A stretch of 64,000 nucleotides of DNA from Campylobacteraceae bacterium (GTDB taxonomy: Bacteria; Campylobacterota; Campylobacteria; Campylobacterales; Campylobacteraceae), in the NCBI GenBank assembly GCA_031268335.1, contig JAIRXG010000025.1:744-64743 (forward strand), in the 5' to 3' direction. Position numbers and translations under genes: made by a program. Positions within the stretch are counted from its first letter, which is position 1; the number at the start of each line of letters is the position of its first letter. Below the pieces are notes generated by a model. The model saw nothing but the letters and a program-made list of their open reading frames with translations, was not told where the DNA came from and did no database searches. Shown here in pieces: positions 47,985 through 54,964 of this stretch.

Positions 47985-49430
47985 CTATTTCGGTTTGCTA
48001 TTTTTAAATTGCGCAATAGATATCAATAGCGCTATTGCCATAAATATCAAAGATACGGCAAATGTAATATGCATACCGAACATAAACAACTCTTCTTCAC
48101 CCCTAACATATGTTGAGATATGTTCTTTTGCTTTGAAGCTCATTGCGGCGAATAGTATCGTTGTGGCAAATGTTACGCCTACGATATTTCCGACATTTCT
48201 TGCAAGCGCGTTGAGACTTCCTAAGACACCCAGATATTTCTTATCCACAGAACTCATTATAATCGTATTGTTCGGCGATTGAAAAATAGCATTGCCAAGT
48301 CCGATAAGTCCGACAAGCGTAATAAAATAAGCTATATTCATATCTATCTTTATAAAAATAAATAAAAAATTTACAAGCGCTATAAGACTAAGCCCCAATA
48401 TTGTAAGTTTACCGGCTCCCAATTTGTACGCAAGACTTCCCGCTATAGGCGCTGCTACGACCATAACTATCGGAAAAGCCATCATGATAAATCCTGCCGC
48501 ACTCGGAGTGTAGCCTCTTGCTGTTTGCAGGTAAAAGGGCATCAGTATGGCAAAAAAGAAATTTGCGCCGAATACTATTAAAGCGCATATGAGTCCAACT
48601 GTTACGGCTTTGTTTTTAAATATCGCAAATTCTATCAACGGCGAATTTTTGCCGTATTCGTATTTGATAAAAAGTATCGCAAGCGCCAATGAAAGAGTAA
48701 GCAGTATCTGTATCATTGTATTGCCAAATCCCACTTCTTGCCCCATAAACATAGAGCCAAAGAAAAGAGTAATTGCAGCCGCATAGATAAAAAAGCCCAC
48801 AAAATCAATACTGCTTTTTGTCTTAGATACATCTTTTGGTAAATATTTGACGCCAAGAAAAAGTGTTAAAAGACCAAATGGAATATTAAGCCAAAAGATA
48901 TATGACCATGGAAGGTAGTGCACTATTATACCGCCGACACTAGGACCCGTGATACTGCCTAAAGAGACGACCGAACCTATAAAACCAAGCGCTTTTCCCC
49001 GTTCTTGCGGTTTGAATATTTCGGTTATGATGCCAAGATTTGTTGACATTGTCATGCTAGCGCCGAGAGCTTGCACGACACGCGCTGCTACAAGTGTATC
49101 GAGCGAATTGGCAAGACCGGCTAAAAATGTACCGCTTACAAATATAAGTGTGCCTATGCGAAAAACTTTTATCTTTCCTGCGATATCGCCGATTTTGCCA
49201 AATAACACTAAAAATGTACAGATACTTATCATGTAAACAGCGACTATCCATATGGATTTGTTCATAGGTACATTGAGGCTGTCGGCAATTGTCGGTAGCG
49301 CTATATTTACTATACTGCCGTCAAGCGTTGCCATAAAAGTAAATAAAGAGACGCTGATAAATATCTTCCAGCGATTTTTTTGTACTTCCGGCATATCTTG
49401 GAAATTTTTTATATTATCTTTTGTATACAT
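47985..49430 (-). CDS. MFS drug:H+ antiporter (14-TM EmrB/QacA-like), tandem paralog 2
   Basis: 481 aa. It has the same architecture as 46511..47968, with a 16-nt gap between the two genes. Confidence 0.88.
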   Translation of the reverse strand: MYTKDNIKNFQDMPEVQKNRWKIFISVSLFTFMATLDGSIVNIALPTIADSLNVPMNKSIWIVAVYMISICTFLVLFGKIGDIAGKIKVFRIGTLIFVSGTFLAGLANSLDTLVAARVVQALGASMTMSTNLGIITEIFKPQERGKALGFIGSVVSLGSITGPSVGGIIVHYLPWSYIFWLNIPFGLLTLFLGVKYLPKDVSKTKSSIDFVGFFIYAAAITLFFGSMFMGQEVGFGNTMIQILLTLSLALAILFIKYEYGKNSPLIEFAIFKNKAVTVGLICALIVFGANFFFAILMPFYLQTARGYTPSAAGFIMMAFPIVMVVAAPIAGSLAYKLGAGKLTILGLSLIALVNFLFIFIKIDMNIAYFITLVGLIGLGNAIFQSPNNTIIMSSVDKKYLGVLGSLNALARNVGNIVGVTFATTILFAAMSFKAKEHISTYVRGEEELFMFGMHITFAVSLIFMAIALLISIAQFKNSKPK

Positions 49431-50241
49431 ATTGTCCGCTAAATGTTTTTACATGCAAGAATTGTATCTGCTTTATGCTGTTGAGTTCTTGCAAATTTTC
49501 GGAGGTTAGCCTGTTTTCACGCAATGTAAAGTGAAAATTTATCTTTTGCCCATGCTCGCTTTTTGTTTCAAAAAAATCAGAACAAAAAAGCTTTTTGTAA
49601 TCGCCGTATGTTGTGCCGATATTGTCTATATCGTGCAGTATGTCCGTATAATCAAGCGCATAAAGACGACTTAAGTTTACCGTTTTAGAAAGATTTGCTA
49701 TAAAGTTTTGCGTATTGTATCCTGCTTGCACGATTAGTTTTTGTAATTTTAAATTTTTGAGTTTGAAAAAATCCTCATTTGGCGCAGACGGCACTTGCAA
49801 TATTTTGAGATTCGGCATTTTTGCGGCAAGTTTTGCTATCTGTCCGTCTTCATCATAGTCTTGAGCTATAACGCTTTGATTGTGCTCTCCCTCATCGGTT
49901 AGTTTGACTTTGAATTCTTCTAAGTTTTCAAAAACCGCATTAGAATTTATAAGTCTCGTAAAATCCCAATTTTTTGTACCGTTTGCTCCTTCGTCAGCGC
50001 CTGTAAATATAAGAGATTTGATACATGTAGAATATTTTGTCAGCAGTCCTATAAAAGCCAAGAATGCAAAATTTGATCTGTTTCCATCGTCATATCCGTC
50101 TCCAGAGTAGGTTATCTCATAAAAATCACCTATTTTAGAAAAGCTAACTCTTGGCGAATAGTACAATTGATAGCCGTATCTCTCTTTTTCATTTTTGTAA
50201 ATTTCCTCTTGCAGTTTCAATAATTTACTACAAAAATCCAT
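49414..50241 (-). CDS. Cytoplasmic hypothetical protein with leucine-rich-repeat-like segments
   Basis: 275 aa with no signal peptide. It has repeated LxxLxL-type stretches (FENLEEFKV, MPNLKILQV, LKNLKLQKLIV, NLSRLYAL). It overlaps the MFS start by 17 nt. Confidence 0.55.
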   Translation of the reverse strand: MDFCSKLLKLQEEIYKNEKERYGYQLYYSPRVSFSKIGDFYEITYSGDGYDDGNRSNFAFLAFIGLLTKYSTCIKSLIFTGADEGANGTKNWDFTRLINSNAVFENLEEFKVKLTDEGEHNQSVIAQDYDEDGQIAKLAAKMPNLKILQVPSAPNEDFFKLKNLKLQKLIVQAGYNTQNFIANLSKTVNLSRLYALDYTDILHDIDNIGTTYGDYKKLFCSDFFETKSEHGQKINFHFTLRENRLTSENLQELNSIKQIQFLHVKTFSGQYVYKR

Positions 50242-50434
50242 ACAATTTTCCTTAAGCGTTTCAGAACTTTTTTAGAGGCTATGATTTGCGTTTTTCAAAT
50301 ATCAATTTTAACGATTAAAATTTGTGATTGGTCGCAAGTATAGCTACATATTTTACCTCTTATAAGTAGTTCTAAAGGTAAAATCTAAAAAAATAAGCGT
50401 TTTTACGGCACAGCCTTTATATATTTTTTAATTT

Positions 50435-51187
50435 TTAAACTTCTAAAAACTCTTTTTGACAAAAACTATTTATTTGCACTTTTTCAAACGCTCCTTTGAG
50501 CGACACAAAAAGATTCGGATGTGTTTTTTCAAGATTTGCCAAAAGCTCTTTTGTCTCATATCTTGCGTGCGGCATTTTTACGTCAAATCTCATAGCCGGA
50601 CACGCTTCGTCTCCTATCGTGGGGAGATTATTTAAAATAGCGTTATCTCTAAGTTGTCTCTCTCTTACATGTATCAATGGGCGAATTACGATAATGCCAT
50701 TGTCGGCTTTATATATAGGAGGCATTGAACGCAAAGTTCCGTTATTCATAAAATTCATAAAAAAACTCTCTGCCGCATCGTCTAAATGATGCGCTAGGGC
50801 AAGTTTATTAAAACCATTTTCCAAAGCATATGTGTATAAAGCGCCTCGTCTCATTCGTGAAAAAAAACTGCAAAATGAGGAATTTTTTCTTATTTTATCT
50901 TTAGCGAGTTCAAAGATTGTAGTATCTATGATGGTATGTTTTATTTCATATTCTTCACAATGCTTATGCAAAATATTCAAATCTTCGCCCATACCGTAAG
51001 TTATGGTAGCCGCTTCATAAACAAAATCAAAAGGCGCTACTTTTTGCGTATGTTTAAGTGCGTGCGCCAAAGAGAGCGAATCTTTACCGCCGCTAAGCCC
51101 TAAAAGTACTCTGTCCCCTTCTTGTATCAATCCGTATTTTGCATTTGCGCGTCCGAGCGAACGCAGTATTGATTTACTTATATTCAT
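50435..51187 (-). CDS. ttcA: PP-loop ATPase, tRNA 2-thiocytidine synthase TtcA-like
   Basis: 250 aa. Blocks are LGLSGGKDSLSL (SGGxDS), CSFFSRMRRGALY and LALAHHLDD. Confidence 0.8.
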   Translation of the reverse strand: MNISKSILRSLGRANAKYGLIQEGDRVLLGLSGGKDSLSLAHALKHTQKVAPFDFVYEAATITYGMGEDLNILHKHCEEYEIKHTIIDTTIFELAKDKIRKNSSFCSFFSRMRRGALYTYALENGFNKLALAHHLDDAAESFFMNFMNNGTLRSMPPIYKADNGIIVIRPLIHVRERQLRDNAILNNLPTIGDEACPAMRFDVKMPHARYETKELLANLEKTHPNLFVSLKGAFEKVQINSFCQKEFLEV

Positions 51188-51190
51188 TGC

Positions 51191-51883
51191 TTACTTCTCC
51201 AATTTATCCAGCATAGATACAATAAAATCCGCGCTTATTTTTGAGCTGCTTTGCAAAAATTCGTCAAAATCAAATTCGGCTTTAGCATCAGCCGCATCGC
51301 TTATCGCGCGAAGTATAAAAAACGGAATATTTAAAGATTCACACACAAACGCAACGCCGGCTCCTTCCATTTCAATGGCATTTGCATTGAAAGTTTTTCT
51401 TATCCACTCTTTTTTAACTGCATCGCATATGAATTGGTCGCCTGTTGCTATTACGCCTGACTTTAATGTAAGATTTAATGTTTTTGCAGTCTCTTTTGCT
51501 ATTTTTAAAAGTTCTTCGTCGGCTTTGATTAGGATTTTACTTTCCGGCACAAAACCATACGGATGTCCGAAAGCCGTAATATCAAGGTCATGCTGTACAA
51601 GTCCTTCCGCGGCTATCAAATCTCCTATGTGTAAATTTTCTTCAATGGCTCCGGCTACGCCTGAAAATAGTAATTTTTGAGCGCCGAATATATTTATCAA
51701 AATAGATGCCGTAAGAGCTGCGTTTACTTTACCGATTTTGCTGTAGGCTATAGTTATGTCAAGATTTTTATATTTTAAAGTATAAAACCTATTATTAGCG
51801 AATTCTACTGTTTTATACTCTTTAAATTTCTCCAAAAGAGGCGTTATTTCCTCAACCATTGCTCCCATTATAGCTATTTTCAT
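51191..51883 (-). CDS. mtnN: 5'-methylthioadenosine/S-adenosylhomocysteine nucleosidase
   Basis: 230 aa. Blocks are MKIAIMGAMVEEI, GVAGA, ATGDQF and EMEGAGVA. Confidence 0.93.
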   Translation of the reverse strand: MKIAIMGAMVEEITPLLEKFKEYKTVEFANNRFYTLKYKNLDITIAYSKIGKVNAALTASILINIFGAQKLLFSGVAGAIEENLHIGDLIAAEGLVQHDLDITAFGHPYGFVPESKILIKADEELLKIAKETAKTLNLTLKSGVIATGDQFICDAVKKEWIRKTFNANAIEMEGAGVAFVCESLNIPFFILRAISDAADAKAEFDFDEFLQSSSKISADFIVSMLDKLEK

Positions 51884-52003
51884 TATTTAGTCCTAAAATA
51901 TTTAAAAGTTTGCAATTATATCATTTTTGCAATGTTGTAAAAAACAATCAAATTGATTTAATTGGCAGAAAAAATCGGTATTTTTTAACAATATTGCAAA
52001 GAA

Positions 52004-52927
52004 TTACCGAATGCTTTTCAGCGTCTCTTCAAGAGTTGCCATATCCGTTATACTGTAAGTAGGAGCTTCGTTTAAGCGTTTGTTCAAACCCTTTAGTACA
52101 GAACCGCCAAACTCTATAAATGCGTCTACTTTTTGTCCGCTTATTGATTGTTTATATAAAACGGGCGATATAAGTTGTTTTTCCAATAAATCCACAGCCT
52201 CTTTTTTATTCATGTACGGTTTTGCGTTTGCATTTGAGATAATAGGCACTGCAAATTTATCTTTTATAAAAATTTCCAATTTTTCTCTTAATGGGCTTTG
52301 CGCGTTTTTTAAGAGAGGACAGTGGCTTGCTACGGACATCGTTAAAAGCATAGCTCTTTTTGCGCCCGCTTCTTTAAATTTGTCGGCATATTCGTTCAAA
52401 TCGTCTTTGATGCCCGCTACTACTATTTGCCCGTCGCTATTGTAGTTTGCAGCCCATATCTGCTTGCCGTTTTCCCTTGCTTTTTTACATGTAGTTTCGG
52501 TTTTTTCATCATCAAGTCCGATAATCACCATCATTCCTGCATTTTTGCCTTCACACGCTTTTTTCATTAAAAGTCCGCGTTCTCTTACGAGTTCAAGCGC
52601 ATCGTACATGTCAAGCGCACCTACGCTAATCAGCGAAGTTATCTCTCCAAGAGAGTGTCCGAGCGCAAATTTTGGCGTGATTTGTATATTTTCCTGAAAA
52701 AGCTTAAGAGCAATTGCGCTTACCAATAATATAGCCGGTTGTGCAAATTCGGTTTCATTTAAACTTTCATTCTCTTCAAACAAAATAGATTGCATATCAA
52801 TACCGAGTTTTTTGGAAACTTTTTCAAAAATATCTTTTGCAATGGAGTTTTTTTCATAGAAATCTTTCCCCATTCCAACGATTTGCGAACCTTGTCCGGG
52901 GAAAATAAACGCTATCTCTTTTGACAT
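52004..52927 (-). CDS. fabD: Malonyl CoA-ACP transacylase
   Basis: 307 aa. FIFPGQGSQ and the active-site GHSLGE are present. Confidence 0.95.
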   Translation of the reverse strand: MSKEIAFIFPGQGSQIVGMGKDFYEKNSIAKDIFEKVSKKLGIDMQSILFEENESLNETEFAQPAILLVSAIALKLFQENIQITPKFALGHSLGEITSLISVGALDMYDALELVRERGLLMKKACEGKNAGMMVIIGLDDEKTETTCKKARENGKQIWAANYNSDGQIVVAGIKDDLNEYADKFKEAGAKRAMLLTMSVASHCPLLKNAQSPLREKLEIFIKDKFAVPIISNANAKPYMNKKEAVDLLEKQLISPVLYKQSISGQKVDAFIEFGGSVLKGLNKRLNEAPTYSITDMATLEETLKSIR

Positions 52928-52954
52928 TTTTTATCCTATTATCTTTTAAATTTT

Positions 52955-53725
52955 TTACTTACTGTTTTTTAAAAAACTGCGCAATTCGGATATCTTTTTA
53001 CGCAAAGTATTTCTATTTAAACCAAAATTTTTAGATATCGCGAGCTGCGAATGAAATTTTTTAAAACCCGCTCTAAGCAGCGGTACGTCAAATATATAGA
53101 GGAATTTACGATAATCATCGCCGCTGCCAAGTTTTTGTGTCAAAAACTTTTCAAGCAGACTCAATATATCTTCCTCTTTAAACTGTTCAATCAAAAATGC
53201 GTTATATACAGAGCGTCTTAGAGAGTACGCATTGGTACTCAAATCAAGATTTATATCTTTTATGTCGATATGTTTTTTGCTCTCCTCATTCGAAAAGAGA
53301 TTTGCAGCTTCGTCATAAAACTTTTGCGCCAGTGCTTCAACATCTTCAGGACGCTCCGACAGAGGCGGGATAAGTATCTTTAAACTGAAAAAAGTATCCG
53401 TAATTTTCTCATCAAGCTTTTTCGTTGAAGTTGCTATTATTCTTGTCGGATTTGTTTTCAAAGAGTCTTTTAAAAGTATAAAATTTGAGATTTTATCAAA
53501 ATTTTTTACTATCAAAGTCGAGTTTGAGCCAAGCGCTCTTATAAGGGTTGAAAAATCTTCGCCGTCTATTATATTTGCGTCCAAAATATTTTGCGCCAAA
53601 GTTGTTTTTCCAACCCCTTTTTCTCCCGTGATAAGCGCGTTTAGATTTAAATTTTTCAAAAGAGCAGCCATTCTTCCCGCTTCTTTCGAAGAGTGAGAAT
53701 TGGCTATAAAGCTACTGTTTATCAC
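52955..53725 (-). CDS. Degenerate sigma-54-activator-like AAA+ protein with a C-terminal Fis-type HTH (no receiver domain, no GAFTGA loop)
   Basis: 256 aa. It has a Walker A (ITGEKGVGKTT), RIIATSTKKL, IPPLSERPEDVEALAQKF and an HTH (ISKNFGLNRNTLRKKISEL). Only about 30 aa separate Walker A from the Walker-B-like TLIVKNFD. Confidence 0.65.
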   Translation of the reverse strand: MINSSFIANSHSSKEAGRMAALLKNLNLNALITGEKGVGKTTLAQNILDANIIDGEDFSTLIRALGSNSTLIVKNFDKISNFILLKDSLKTNPTRIIATSTKKLDEKITDTFFSLKILIPPLSERPEDVEALAQKFYDEAANLFSNEESKKHIDIKDINLDLSTNAYSLRRSVYNAFLIEQFKEEDILSLLEKFLTQKLGSGDDYRKFLYIFDVPLLRAGFKKFHSQLAISKNFGLNRNTLRKKISELRSFLKNSK

Positions 53726-53741
53726 GAATTTTGCTTTTTAA

Positions 53742-54287
53742 CTAATGATGATGTTTGCCGCAACATTCGTCTTCGTGTTCGTTGCAACATTCATCATTGT
53801 GTTCGCCGCACGAACAACTATGCGAACCTTCTACATGTCCGTTCAAAAGCTCATCTTCCGTAGCGTCTCTTATCTCGGCTATCTCTATATCAAAATATAA
53901 ATCTTTTCCGGCTAAAGGATGGTTAAAATCTATAGTTACGTCTTTGTCGTTAAACTCTTTAACTATGACTTGGACAGTATTGCCGTCTTCGCCTTGACCG
54001 TAAAGCGTCATTCCGTTTGTAAGTTCAAGTCCGGCAAATTGTTCAATCGGAACTATTTGAACGGCATTTTCGTCATATTCTCCATAAGCGTCAACAGCTT
54101 TTATCGCTACATGTGAGGCGTCTCCTTGATTCATATTTATTATTTCGCGTTCAAGCCCCGTGATAATTTGATTTTTACCCACAATAAACAAAAGAGGCGC
54201 ACTATCCATATTTGAATCAAGCAGATTTCCATTTACATCTTTTAACTCATAAAACATTGATACAACTTGATTTTCAACAGTTGCCAT
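53742..54287 (-). CDS. slyD: FKBP-type peptidyl-prolyl isomerase SlyD with a His/Cys-rich metal-binding tail
   Basis: ATG (complement of 54285-54287) has an AGGAGAA RBS and gives MATVENQVVSMFYELKD.... The IF-domain is present. The tail is GSHSCSCGEHNDECCNEHEDECCGKHHH. The ORF-track start at 54431 is an unsupported extension. Confidence 0.9.
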   Translation of the reverse strand: MATVENQVVSMFYELKDVNGNLLDSNMDSAPLLFIVGKNQIITGLEREIINMNQGDASHVAIKAVDAYGEYDENAVQIVPIEQFAGLELTNGMTLYGQGEDGNTVQVIVKEFNDKDVTIDFNHPLAGKDLYFDIEIAEIRDATEDELLNGHVEGSHSCSCGEHNDECCNEHEDECCGKHHH

Positions 54288-54414
54288 AAATTCTCCTATT
54301 TTTTTAAAATTTTCACAAAATCTCATTAGTAAAGTTTTTGGATTTGGAATGAAATCGGATTTTATCATAAATAAAATAAATAGTCTATTTTGTGTATAAC
54401 TCCCCGTATGTAAC

Positions 54415-54621
54415 TTAAATTCGTTTAGCAATACAAGCTGTAAGCAAAAACTTTATCCCATTCTTTGCATAAACAGCATGAGGGATATTTGAAGGCATAA
54501 CGATACCCTCACCACTTTTTAACTCATAAATTTTATCTGCTATCGCGATTTTTGCTTCACCGTCAAGTACTTGCACAAAAGACCAAAAAGAGTTCATGAA
54601 AGATTTAAGCCAGTACATCAA
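54415..54621 (-). pseudogene. Cupin-fold fragment (C-terminal half only), probably a truncated gene
   Basis: 68-aa ORF. VLDGEAKIAIADKIYELKSGEGIVMPSNIPHAVYA matches the second half of a cupin barrel. The expected upstream HxH-containing half is interrupted by stops in all frames that I translated (54622-54720). Confidence 0.4.
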
Positions 54622-54885
54622 GCAGCATCTAAAGATACTGTGGAATCAAACTTAATGAAAAATGGGGCAAAAAGTATCAATAGTTTTACAATCTTGGAAT
54701 AGCAAGTAAGATAACTTGTCCATTTATTTCAAATATTCGCATATATTAGAAGAGTTATACATACCACCAATATTATTGATTTAGAAAACTAATCAAAACC
54801 AAAGACGTATTTCTAAATGAAAGTTCATTACTCAAAATTCTTCGAGGGTAGATTGGATAATGAACTTAAAATTTAAGAAAAGGCG

Positions 54886-54905
54886 TGATAGGATTTCTCC
54901 TATCA
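54886..54905 (-). terminator. Hairpin downstream of the 794-aa gene
   Basis: TGATAGGA (54886-54893), loop TTTC, then TCCTATCA (54898-54905). On the minus strand a T-rich stretch follows. Confidence 0.55.
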
Positions 54906-54964
54906 GAACTACTTTGACGCGAAATTATGAATAGTCTCCACAACTTAAAGATTTATTTGCTCTA

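Noticed and set aside
54288-54431. A 48-aa N-terminal extension of slyD in the ORF track (53742..54431)
   Set aside because: A strong AGGAGAA RBS precedes the internal ATG at 54287, and SlyD homology starts at MATVENQVV. The extension has no homology features.
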